64,000 nt of DNA from the sequence record MK774614.2. The stretch is one strand, 5' to 3'. Position numbers and translations under genes: made by a program. Position 1 is the first letter of the stretch; every line of letters begins with the position of its first letter. The notes beneath the pieces are model-generated. The model was not told the DNA's origin. It did no database searches and worked only from the letters and a program-made list of their open reading frames with translations. Of this stretch, positions 18,267-28,200 are shown piece after piece.

Positions 18267-19022
18267 ATGTTTAGTGCTCCCTCTCCTTGGCAATGGTTCC
18301 TGGATCTGGTTGCTGAAAAACGTTTAGCAGAAGTGGCTAAAACTGGCACCGCTGAACTGATCGAACAGGCTGAGAAATACTACAAAGATCTGAAAGAAGA
18401 CGAAGTGGTGTTTACTGATCCAGTCTTTGTTGAAAAGAAACTCAACCCGGAGAAGTCTTATTGGAAAGTCAGTTATGATTGCGCAGGACGCGGGTATACC
18501 CGTCCAGACATTACTTTCCGTACTTACCCATTGGGTGCTATGATCGAACGCAATGCAACGCCTTTGGCAGGTCCTGTGCAAGAGGTCACTACTCCCGGTT
18601 TCTACATTGATAAAGAAACCAAACAGTTCCATCTGGTACATGCTGATGACGGGATCGAGTATCCGACATTGCTTAATGCCACTGGTTATGCTTTTGGCGT
18701 AGCTAAAGTTGATATTGAAGAGTTCTCTGAATATAACGACACTCTTCATGCCGATGGCGTAGTAGAAATCAGTTATCCATTTGTTGCCGGTAAGATCTAT
18801 CTGAATAAGATCAAACTGGCTGAGAAAGAAGAAATCGTTCCAACCGAGGAGATCCAATCTGAAGAAGTTGTTCAGGAAACTGTCTCGCCGACAGTTGAAA
18901 AGGATCAAGAGCGTGAAACGGTAGTAGAAGAGCAAGCTGTTGTTCAAGAGGAAGTTGTTCAAGAACAAAAGCTTGCTGAACCAAAGCAAACTCCTTACTA
19001 CGGTAAGAAAAATCGTAAGTAA
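18267..19022 (+). CDS. Hypothetical protein with acidic low-complexity tail
   Basis: 251-aa ORF, AAGGA RBS, E/Q/V-rich C-terminus ending in a basic tip. Confidence 0.75.
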   Translation: MFSAPSPWQWFLDLVAEKRLAEVAKTGTAELIEQAEKYYKDLKEDEVVFTDPVFVEKKLNPEKSYWKVSYDCAGRGYTRPDITFRTYPLGAMIERNATPLAGPVQEVTTPGFYIDKETKQFHLVHADDGIEYPTLLNATGYAFGVAKVDIEEFSEYNDTLHADGVVEISYPFVAGKIYLNKIKLAEKEEIVPTEEIQSEEVVQETVSPTVEKDQERETVVEEQAVVQEEVVQEQKLAEPKQTPYYGKKNRK

Positions 19023-19034
19023 GTGATGTGATCA

Positions 19035-19064
19035 GAGAGATATTCCCGCAAGGGAATATCTCTC
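19035..19064 (+). terminator. Terminator hairpin
   Basis: 13-bp stem with GCAA tetraloop. Confidence 0.7.
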
Positions 19065-19077
19065 AATTATTACTGTT

Positions 19078-19102
19078 CTATAATTTCTGAAGTCGATATT
19101 AT
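19078..19102 (+). promoter_or_regulatory. Putative phage early promoter
   Basis: ctataatttctgaagtcgatattat. Confidence 0.65.
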
Positions 19103-19135
19103 CTAAGTAGAAGAGATAGAATAGGATAATTTATC

Positions 19136-19642
19136 ATGACAATCTGTATCGCTAATCGCATCCCTAATGTTGTTTCTGAATTTAACTATGATGATAAACT
19201 GATTGTCAAAAAGATCCTTAATCAGATCGGGACGTTAGTTCGTTATAAAACTAAAGGACAACAGGGTTATCAAGAAATGGTTGTGCATAATCTACCCTTT
19301 GATGATTGTGTACGTAATCCAAGCAATGCAAAAGAAAGAATGCTCATTGCGCTCTTTGGACGGTTGTTTACATTTGATAATGGGAGACTGACACATCGAG
19401 AAAGGAATACGATTCGTTTAGTCCGGTCTTTTCTACCAGAGGAATTTGGTGGGGAATTTAAGACCGATAAAGGAAGTTTTGAATATCGCGTTATTGATGA
19501 CAAGATTTCCATTTACCATAAAGGAGTTAGAGTACTGCGCACTCCTTACTACCAATTTAGTAAAAACATGAAAGAGACACTCCATGATCGACGAACTGAT
19601 GATAGCCAAAGCAATCAAACTTTGTATTTCACAACTTCCTAA
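19136..19642 (+). CDS. Hypothetical basic protein
   Basis: 168-aa ORF with AGGA RBS, downstream of the promoter. Confidence 0.65.
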   Translation: MTICIANRIPNVVSEFNYDDKLIVKKILNQIGTLVRYKTKGQQGYQEMVVHNLPFDDCVRNPSNAKERMLIALFGRLFTFDNGRLTHRERNTIRLVRSFLPEEFGGEFKTDKGSFEYRVIDDKISIYHKGVRVLRTPYYQFSKNMKETLHDRRTDDSQSNQTLYFTTS

Positions 19643-20267
19643 GATCACTGATCCGATTGAATATTTGTACGAAGTCAATCAGATCCTGAATCGCTTTAAA
19701 ACCAATTTGTACAAAATGATGGACGAACGCCACAGCGATCACGATCCTGCATCATTGTTAACTATCAGTATCCGCTCCGGTGGGGTTATAGAAAATGCCG
19801 GTGGGGTGAATGTCGCCGAGGTTTCAAAAGCCTTTTTAAAGGTATATGGGATGCGCGGTTACGGACATGTTGATGGGAATCCGGATGACTTTTGTGTCAC
19901 GCTAGATATTAGCGATGTGTTTGATGCAAAGATGTTCTGTTTGGCCAGACCCGATTATTATGTTGTTAGAAATCAGGGATTAGTTAGAGCACGGGGACGT
20001 TACTGGATAACGAACCACCCGAAAGTGAATCCCGATCGTCACGGGATCCACATCAGCTCCGATGCAGGACTTGGACGCACGTATAACATCACCGGGCTGA
20101 TTTCTGCGATCATCTATCCAGAAGTCTTGGAAGAGGGGAGAACAAAGATCTGTAAAACACTCCCGTCCGGTAAAGCCCAATTAAAGCACAGTGAAGAAAC
20201 ACGTGCAATTATGCGTCAAGCTGCGATCAATCGACATCAAAAATTACGTGAACAAAAACGCGCATAA
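19584..20267 (+). CDS. Putative DNA-binding protein with NUMOD4-like and NUMOD3-like segments
   Basis: YVVRNQGLVRA...RTYNITGLISAI resembles NUMOD4; KHSEETRAIMRQAA resembles NUMOD3; no HNH or GIY-YIG motif seen. Confidence 0.45.
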   Translation: MIDELMIAKAIKLCISQLPKITDPIEYLYEVNQILNRFKTNLYKMMDERHSDHDPASLLTISIRSGGVIENAGGVNVAEVSKAFLKVYGMRGYGHVDGNPDDFCVTLDISDVFDAKMFCLARPDYYVVRNQGLVRARGRYWITNHPKVNPDRHGIHISSDAGLGRTYNITGLISAIIYPEVLEEGRTKICKTLPSGKAQLKHSEETRAIMRQAAINRHQKLREQKRA

Positions 20268-20273
20268 ATAAGA

Positions 20274-20305
20274 TCTCTCACTTCCCTTAATTGGGAAGTG
20301 AGAGA
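20274..20305. terminator. Bidirectional terminator
   Basis: 13-bp stem between convergent genes. Confidence 0.75.
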
Positions 20306-20326
20306 GTCTTTATTCTTTTATTTGTT

Positions 20327-20959
20327 TTAAGGTTGAGCAGTAACCAATGCCTCCAACTGTGCGATATACGTTTTAAGCTCAATATTCTCTTTTTCGATTT
20401 GAGCTAACCGCACTGCATCAGAAGGTTCTTCTGTAATCGCCAGCTGTCTGGATTTCTCCCACGCAACTGCATCTTCACGACTCACGTATCCTCGTGTAGG
20501 GATTGTACCAATCGTTGTATTGGGGTTATCAATCCCAAAACTTGCTTTGATGTAATTGTTAATGTGGTCAATGGCGTTGTTCACTTTGTCTTTCATGGAA
20601 GGAGGACAAGCACCCAAACTGGTGATTAAAGCAAGGTGCTCATAAACCACCCCATCGACCATGGGGAAGGATTTCAAGAACGTGGACAACACATAAACTG
20701 GACCGCGTCCACGACTGGTCAATGAGATCACCGCCGCTTGATCAGCAATTGCTTTATCTAGCTGGGTTTGATAATCTGCTTCAACATAACCAACCGGTGC
20801 AAAAACCAGTGTGAACAAATCTAATTTCAGTGCCTGCATTTCCGGAATAGTTCGGATTGCTTCTACTGTGAAAAAGATTGTTTCATCAACTACTTTATCA
20901 AAAGGGGCATTGGCAACAAATTTACCTGCTGATCGTAACCCTGGAATCATATTAGCCAT
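20327..20959 (-). CDS. Probable virion structural protein
   Basis: 210-aa ORF coupled to the upstream 444-aa gene on the minus strand; function inferred from context. Confidence 0.55.
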   Translation of the reverse strand: MANMIPGLRSAGKFVANAPFDKVVDETIFFTVEAIRTIPEMQALKLDLFTLVFAPVGYVEADYQTQLDKAIADQAAVISLTSRGRGPVYVLSTFLKSFPMVDGVVYEHLALITSLGACPPSMKDKVNNAIDHINNYIKASFGIDNPNTTIGTIPTRGYVSREDAVAWEKSRQLAITEEPSDAVRLAQIEKENIELKTYIAQLEALVTAQP

Positions 20960-22286
20960 CGATCAATCCATCCTCGATAAATTGGTAACGCGTGATCATG
21001 GTGAGTTTTACATTACCGGTACGTTTAGAGATGTAAAGACGCCCTGCTTTGATCACACGCTGCATTCCCTTGGGAGGAAGTCCGTCTGGGGTAGTGACTT
21101 CGCCCGCCGCCAACATCTCTTCCAGATCTTTGATAAACTCGGCGGTTTCTTTGCTCATCATCCCGGCTTGACTATCCGTACTGGGGATAAGTTGATAATC
21201 AGGATAAATACCAGAAATCAGAATCCGCGCTGCGTTATTTTGCGGTTTCCCAACAAAACTCATTTTTGCAGATTTATACAGATCAGGTACGATTTGGAGG
21301 GATTTTATGATATCTTCTTGCGAATAGAAGTCAGCGTACTTCTTCGCAAGAACGTCACCACCTTGATAGGTAAAAATCGGACTGTACGTAGAACCAAGCG
21401 CAGTTTCGTTTACCAGTCCCAATTCGTTCCAGTGTGGGATGACGATAAATTCTAATGGGTTAAACAGATCAGGGATGACTTGTTCCCATTTGACTTCGTC
21501 ATACTTGGAATGAGCTAGGATGTTGTTACGAATGGCTTCGTACACTTCCTCTTCAGCATCATTCGGGTTGCCGTAATAAATGATCGTCCAGTATCCAGTG
21601 TTTTTCTGTGGTTGGTTAACCAGATCGTAAATATCAAAGGGAATAATCTCCCGGCGTGTATACGGATCAGTGGTCCCGACCAACAGGTCTTCACGTTGCT
21701 GACGTTTATTCGGTGTTTCTTCATTTAACCGATTTCGCACTTCTTTGTAGTTGTGTTCTGCGAAGAAGTCGATATCAGCAATATCAATGGGGTCTATCAC
21801 ATAAATTTCACGGTAAGGGAATTCTACTGCAAAAGCAGCATTTGCAAACCAGATTTTAAATTCATGCACGACCCCACCAACTTCATGTGTAAAGTCGATA
21901 CTGGAAGGTAACCAGATGGCGTTGTTTGTGACCATCTTACCCACTGCCTTCCAAACCCAACCAAGCGTGTAATTGGTCTGTAAAGCTTGCAAGGTAACTT
22001 GGCTACTGTCGTTTAAGTTTCCAGCGTCAGCTTGTTCATAAAGCCAGTTGAGCATTCCCATAACGGGAGCTACGTGACTTTGCGGGATCTTTTCATACCG
22101 GCTTGAAGTATTACTTTGGTTAATCCCTCTAAACCCGACGAGCTCGCAGGGTTGATTTTCCACGTAATAATAGTCAGGTGCTTTCGCATAAGTCTGAGTT
22201 TCATTGGTCAGTTCTCCAAGTGGAGAAGTAGAACCATTGACCTTCAGTTCTGAGATGTTTACGAAACAACTAAAAAGAATTGACAT
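20952..22286 (-). CDS. Probable virion structural protein
   Basis: 444-aa ORF with AAGGA RBS; structural role inferred from context. Confidence 0.55.
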   Translation of the reverse strand: MSILFSCFVNISELKVNGSTSPLGELTNETQTYAKAPDYYYVENQPCELVGFRGINQSNTSSRYEKIPQSHVAPVMGMLNWLYEQADAGNLNDSSQVTLQALQTNYTLGWVWKAVGKMVTNNAIWLPSSIDFTHEVGGVVHEFKIWFANAAFAVEFPYREIYVIDPIDIADIDFFAEHNYKEVRNRLNEETPNKRQQREDLLVGTTDPYTRREIIPFDIYDLVNQPQKNTGYWTIIYYGNPNDAEEEVYEAIRNNILAHSKYDEVKWEQVIPDLFNPLEFIVIPHWNELGLVNETALGSTYSPIFTYQGGDVLAKKYADFYSQEDIIKSLQIVPDLYKSAKMSFVGKPQNNAARILISGIYPDYQLIPSTDSQAGMMSKETAEFIKDLEEMLAAGEVTTPDGLPPKGMQRVIKAGRLYISKRTGNVKLTMITRYQFIEDGLIDG

Positions 22287-22337
22287 CTTGTTAATCCTTG
22301 GCTAATGTGTGTAATAACTGAAAGTGTGGGTGGTGGT

Positions 22338-22760
22338 ATGTTTGCGATAATAAGAGAACTCATCGGGAGAAAAGTTGTCCGGTATGTTTACGGGTCTGAT
22401 AAAGACCCAGAACAGCAGTATATTCGGTTGATCACCCGGGTTGCGTCATACGCAACCATTGTCACCATTTTTGCCATTGGTATCACAGGGCGGTTTGTCA
22501 GCTTACAAATGGAAGCGCGTGTCATCAATACCTCATTTCGAACCATTGATGAACATATCTTTCAACAACAAGAAAATATCAACCACTTATTCAACATCAA
22601 TAAAGATCAACAAAAATTGGTCTTTCGGTTGAATGCAGAAAATGAATTACTCAAAAAAGACATGGTCATTATTGTCTCTGACAACGAGCGATTATCTAAA
22701 GAGAATAAGGTATTGACCATCGAGCTGGATAAAAATTGTCGTCGGGAGGAACTTGATTAA
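22338..22760 (+). CDS. Single-TM plus coiled-coil protein
   Basis: TM segment VASYATIVTIFAIGITG, then a heptad-like region and a C-terminal Cys. Confidence 0.6.
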   Translation: MFAIIRELIGRKVVRYVYGSDKDPEQQYIRLITRVASYATIVTIFAIGITGRFVSLQMEARVINTSFRTIDEHIFQQQENINHLFNINKDQQKLVFRLNAENELLKKDMVIIVSDNERLSKENKVLTIELDKNCRREELD

Positions 22761-22813
22761 GTACTCACAACGGCATCTGATGTCCAAAAGCAAAAAGACC
22801 TAAAGGAACGACA

Positions 22814-24235
22814 ATGAATATCGTTTATTATCTTAATAGCACCATGCTAAAAGATAGAGGAGTGGCGATCGCTGGGGGGCATGGTTATACTTACGATGCG
22901 AGCAAAGAAAGCAAACGTAAACTCATTAAAGATACCCCCTCCGGGTATGGGTATTTCGTGGGTGGAAGCTTACAAAGTATCGCAGTTGATCAGGTTAATA
23001 TTCTCTCTGGCAGAACACTGAACGAACCGACCGAGCACGAGGTAAGTTTGGTGGCCATTATTGAACTTCTGGAATACGCTAAACGAGAAGCCATTGATAA
23101 AATCTTGATCATTGGCAATTGTACAAATGCCTTTAAACTGCTTCAAACCCCTAAACTCACTGAAAAGTTTGCTGGGAACGAAACAGTACTAAAGGCACGT
23201 AGCTTGTTCAAAGAGTTTGAATCCAATATCTTTTTGGAAGATGAGCTGTGGGCAAAAGGTGGCGAAGGATGTAAACAAGCCGCTAAGCAAATGGATTTTG
23301 CAAAGGCACTGCTTGAACTCCCAGCAGCTCCCAAGTCTGTTCTTGAAGAAGAAAGTGTAAAGGATTTCAAGAACCCGGATAATGATTTTAATAAACTGGT
23401 TACTGCTTCGCGTTGGTTCTTTAATACAGGTGATCGTTCCACCTTTTACCAACAAGATGAACACGGGTTTCGTCAATATTGTTTTGGTCGTATTGACCCG
23501 GCTAAAAACTATTATGGCAAAGCCACACCCGATGTTTATTACTCGGCGCTTTTTACCAAGCAACCCATTGCGGTACTTGATAAACTCTATGACTTTTGTA
23601 AGGAAAATAAATCCAATCCCTATAACCTGCTCGCCGCAGCGAATATCGATATGGTAAAGTCCAAGGAAGTCAGTCGGGTGATTGATATCATGCCGGGGAA
23701 AATCGAAAAGAACGAGCTCATTGCGAGCATGAGTATTGGGATACAAGATAATCCGGTATTAGTAGATTTTATTGATCCACCGGGACTCAGTTACCGCATT
23801 CGTGATTTTCAACACCACCTTGCGGGTTATCACGCAGTGTTTCGTAAGAAAGATGAGAACAATGAATTCCGCCACCATCGTTTTGTTGATATCACGGATA
23901 AGTTGTTTGAAAAAGATGCTAAGGGAAAATGGAAGATTCATTCTGAATTTACCATGAACACCTTGACGATTCCGGTTGCAATTAAAGCACCTGGCTGCGT
24001 TAAAGACGTGGTGATTAACTTAGCTGTTAAATACGACATGCCTGATCGCAGTCCGTTGAACTCATTGATTGTAACAAAGATCCCTGAGTTCAAAGTCTAT
24101 TTGGGATTGGATTTTAGTGACCCTGCGGGTGTTGCGTATTACACGGTTGTGGAAACGCCGGAATACACCTATCTTCATGCGAACAGTTGTGCTAACCTTC
24201 GGGTATACTCGTTAAAAGAATTAGGTCGTAAGTAA
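22814..24235 (+). CDS. RNase H-fold protein (phiKZ-family), apparently lacking catalytic acids
   Basis: G-x-H-G-Y strand and size/position near UvsX as in phiKZ-like RNase H; the DEDD positions read N/S/N/A. Confidence 0.5.
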   Translation: MNIVYYLNSTMLKDRGVAIAGGHGYTYDASKESKRKLIKDTPSGYGYFVGGSLQSIAVDQVNILSGRTLNEPTEHEVSLVAIIELLEYAKREAIDKILIIGNCTNAFKLLQTPKLTEKFAGNETVLKARSLFKEFESNIFLEDELWAKGGEGCKQAAKQMDFAKALLELPAAPKSVLEEESVKDFKNPDNDFNKLVTASRWFFNTGDRSTFYQQDEHGFRQYCFGRIDPAKNYYGKATPDVYYSALFTKQPIAVLDKLYDFCKENKSNPYNLLAAANIDMVKSKEVSRVIDIMPGKIEKNELIASMSIGIQDNPVLVDFIDPPGLSYRIRDFQHHLAGYHAVFRKKDENNEFRHHRFVDITDKLFEKDAKGKWKIHSEFTMNTLTIPVAIKAPGCVKDVVINLAVKYDMPDRSPLNSLIVTKIPEFKVYLGLDFSDPAGVAYYTVVETPEYTYLHANSCANLRVYSLKELGRK

Positions 24236-24246
24236 TACCCTTTATT

Positions 24247-24280
24247 AACTTCTACTCTCCTTCACAGGAGAGTAGAAGTT
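24247..24280. terminator. Bidirectional terminator
   Basis: 15-bp stem between convergent genes. Confidence 0.75.
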
Positions 24281-24294
24281 GTTTTACTATTGGG

Positions 24295-25266
24295 TTAATC
24301 AATCCCTTCCATTGCTTCATGAACACCCGTGAGATGTTCTTGGGCTGGAGAGTGGTAGTTCAACTTAATCAACATGCTATCGAATTTCTCAGCAATACGA
24401 TCCACGTTCTTAGTACAGCCATCGATTGAACGTTGAAGGGTCTGAGTATAGTCGGCTAAGAACACAGTGACTTTACGCCCCTGACGATACAGCTTATCGT
24501 TATCAGGACTTTCATTACGGTGCTTTTCAGCTCGTTCTGTGTATTCGTTAGCTTGCTTGGTCAGGTCAAGCAGAGCGTCTAGGATTTTCTTATACTCGTC
24601 TCTAAGACCTTTATAGAGCCCACCCAGGTAAGCAGCTTGACTGATAGTAGAGATCGTCCCCATCATCCCACCGGAGTTTTTAGCAATTTTAATGTTGTCG
24701 ATGTTCTTGACCAGATTATCGTAAAGCTCTGTCACCCGTGCAATTTCCCGCTCAAAGAGAGGAATGTCCACACCGATTCCCACACCCGCTTTGCGAGCGT
24801 CTGTTACAATCCCATCTTTATTATTAAAGAACTTGTCGTGACCCCGTGAGATATTAAATGGAACACTGATCTCATTGACCATTTGTTCTGCTTTAATTGC
24901 AATGGCTTCTTGAACTTCGGGTGTTGCCTTCTTAATCTCTTCAGGAAGTTTACGGCTTGTCACATCAATTGCTGCAACTGCTTGTTGAACTTTCTTGTCA
25001 TCACGACTTCCGCGAGATCCAAACAAGAAATCTCGGACCGCTTTGATCATTCGCTTAATGAACTCGTAGAATCTGCGACCGACTTCTTTAATCTCGCTTA
25101 CAAAGCCCTCAGAACCTTCTACGGCGTTAAACGACATTCCATGCAGGGAAAGTGTTGTCTTAAGGTAGGTCGAGCTTGTAGAGCTTTCGGTGGGGTTTTC
25201 GAGATAACTTTCAAACCCATAAATCAGATCCAAGTTATGTTTATCGTGGTTATATGAATAATCCAT
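24295..25266 (-). CDS. Probable internal head protein with cleaved propeptide
   Basis: N-terminal GFE/GSE sites followed by GFVSEIKEVGRRFYEFIKRMIK amphipathic helix, as in phiKZ-family head proteins. Confidence 0.6.
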   Translation of the reverse strand: MDYSYNHDKHNLDLIYGFESYLENPTESSTSSTYLKTTLSLHGMSFNAVEGSEGFVSEIKEVGRRFYEFIKRMIKAVRDFLFGSRGSRDDKKVQQAVAAIDVTSRKLPEEIKKATPEVQEAIAIKAEQMVNEISVPFNISRGHDKFFNNKDGIVTDARKAGVGIGVDIPLFEREIARVTELYDNLVKNIDNIKIAKNSGGMMGTISTISQAAYLGGLYKGLRDEYKKILDALLDLTKQANEYTERAEKHRNESPDNDKLYRQGRKVTVFLADYTQTLQRSIDGCTKNVDRIAEKFDSMLIKLNYHSPAQEHLTGVHEAMEGID

Positions 25267-25276
25267 ATCAATGCCT

Positions 25277-28200
25277 TTAGAAAATGTCACCTAACGTGGT
25301 GCGTTGTTGACAAGTTAATGAAACCGGTTCGACGTCATCAAGGTCGATATCCAAATGGTGTTCTAAACCAGCAATGTCCCAGACGTATTCAGCTGATTCA
25401 AATCCACCCACCGCGCGAGTTGTAAACCCACGTAAATTTTGTCCTGGGAATTTACCGCCACCCAAAAGTTGATCTACTTGTTCGGCAGACCATTGCATGA
25501 TATCAATAGAGCGAGACGTGATGTTTTCTTCAGAACCGGTGTCTAGATCGATCAAATACACAAAGCACTCTTCATCTTGTCCACGACGATAAATGCGCGC
25601 AATGGTTTGTTTTAGTTCAAACGATCTGAACGGGGAATTCATCAAAATGATCTGGTTTGCCATGAGCATCGGTTTCCCTTCTCTCAATGTGGCAAAGGTG
25701 GTGATCAGCGGGTTCACGGTTTTGTCTTTAGTGAACGTGTCCACAACCTGGTCGATCTCTTTGGAGTTTTCACCAAAGACACTGATGGAATTCATCCCTT
25801 CGGTTTCAAAGTAATCCTCAAGCTCTTTGATCACTTCCACATAGGAAGTATAGATCATGGTTTTCTTTTTAACCGCATTAATCAGCTTGGGAAGCTCGGC
25901 GTGGACAATCGTATCACGGACAGCCGCCATTCTGGCTTTCCCTAATACACGACCAAGTGCTTCTCCCCGGATCTTCAATCCGACGTATTTAACGGCCGAT
26001 TTGATATGACGGAAATATTTAAGCTCTTCCCCTTTGAGATTGCGTTCGATCTCCTTTTCAACTTGTCCTGCAAATTTACTTTTATCTGCATCTTGGAAGT
26101 TATTGTATCCATATGTTCTAAAGTAATTCACAATAGAGATGTACTTGTTTAACTCTTCAAGGGCGACTTTATCTTTCCAAATCAGTTCTTTGTAACTTTT
26201 AACGACACGTTCCCAATCGTCAATATACGTGGGCATGTTCTGGCGATAAAAGTTAATACGTTCAGTGATAAAGTCGAGCATGTCTGTTCTAATGTTGTTC
26301 AAGGTATACTTTTCAGCACCCGGAAAACTCACCTTTACCACCACAGGTTCCGGTGGGGTATTCATTTCCGTGATCGTGGAAATGGTGAACTTGATTCGAC
26401 CTAACCGGTGCGCAAGCATCTCATTAAGGTAACGGTTATCTCGACCGTACATCTTAACGAAACTTCCCCTGACTTTATCATCAAAGAAATCATCGATGAT
26501 TGCAAATAAGGTATAGGTTTCTTTCCCTTGTGCTTTAATCGGTGTTCCTGACATTAAGAGAACATCAGAGATATTTGGGTTACGACCAAATGAGATCAAC
26601 CCAGATGACTGCTGACTATTGGGTTCATTGTAGTTATGCGATTCATCGACAATGAGTTTAGCAGGTTCTTTACCATTTTTAGTAATGGCTCGAATAGCAA
26701 CATCCCAATTAGTATCTCTTAGTTGCTCTTTATGGATGATAAAGATATCAGCATCGGTGTGATTTAAGATATCAGTACCATCAATAGAGGTCCAGACTTT
26801 CTTAGGGGTTTTGAACGCTTTATCGATCTCGAGTAACCACGGAGTTGTGATTAAGTTTCGAGGACAGATGATAAATGTCTTGAATTTACTGATCATCGCC
26901 GACCAGATCAAACTCGTGGGGGAGTTGTGTGTCACCATGTAATCATCGGTAACGTACAACTCTGATTCATTATCTACTTTAATGCACTGCGCGGGTTCAC
27001 TCCCTACAAGTTCTATTTTATCAATTTTAATTTTTAACGTTTTGGAATACTGAGTTTCTTCAGGGACGCGCTCCATTTGTCTTGGTAGGGAGAAACAACG
27101 TTTAGGAGAACGTATTCTAATCCAGACTCTATATGCACGCTCACCCAGTTTACTTTCTCCTTTGTAAGTAAATTTAGGAATTCTAGACGTAACACTGGCA
27201 TAACCACCCAAACTCCATACTAGTTCTTGAACTTGTTTTGCAAGTTTTTCGGAACTTGTATTAAAAGTCGGTGAACCGTTATTAACACCATTCAACTTAC
27301 TTTTTCCGGAAATTTCGGCCGATCCATCCGTATCCATCAACCCGCGCAACAATTCCCAACGTTGTTCTATGGAACCGTTCATGTACTCTTCTGGGATAGA
27401 TTTTTCAACGGAAAGTTTCCCCATTAAATCTAGTTCTCGCAAAATAGACTGCATCGATCTTGATTTGGGATTAGAAATGATCCGGTAGTTATAAGGGTTT
27501 GTGGAACCTGGTTTTTTCCTTACTAAAAACTGGTCACCTAAACGCTCTGCTAACTTATTTAGTACAAACTCGTCCCCAGAAGTAAACGTTATGTCTCGTT
27601 GCGACAAACCGCCGTCTCCCAATAAAGCTCCCATTGCCCATGGATCAACAGGCAATGGACGATCTTCCGAGTCTTCTGGTTCAAACATAGGAATAAAAGT
27701 TTGTTTTAGAAATCTGCTAGAAACGGCCCTTCTATTGATAATCTCCTGGGTGGTCATCTGGACCCATTTTCCGCCTTTATTAAACTCTTTCCAGACGTTC
27801 CAGACGTGGTCGAGTGTGGCTCTGCATTTACGACCATCCGCAGATGTCAGTTCGTAAATATCCTTAGTCCCTTGAGGAAAGATCGCGACTACATTGGTTG
27901 GCTTCCCATCACCGCCTGTTATCACGTCTCCAACTTGGATTTCTCCCATAGTAGTCCAGCCACCTGGAACTTTAATTTTGCTGCTTAACGGTTGGGCTTT
28001 CCCACTACCAACAGTGGCGTCTAGCAGACACCCTTTTAACCGATAGCCATACTTGATTCTAGAGTAGTCTTCCAAAAACTCTCTCTGATCTGTGTAGGGG
28101 GTTATTTTAAAATCCTTTAACGCTTTGTCAATATCGTAAGTGGGATATTGTTCATAGGTGGATTTAATCCAGGTCTTTTCTTTTACTTCATCAAATAGTT

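Noticed and set aside
18840-19000. EEVVQE-like repeats in the 18267 protein
   Set aside because: Ordinary acidic low-complexity tail, not a DNA repeat element.
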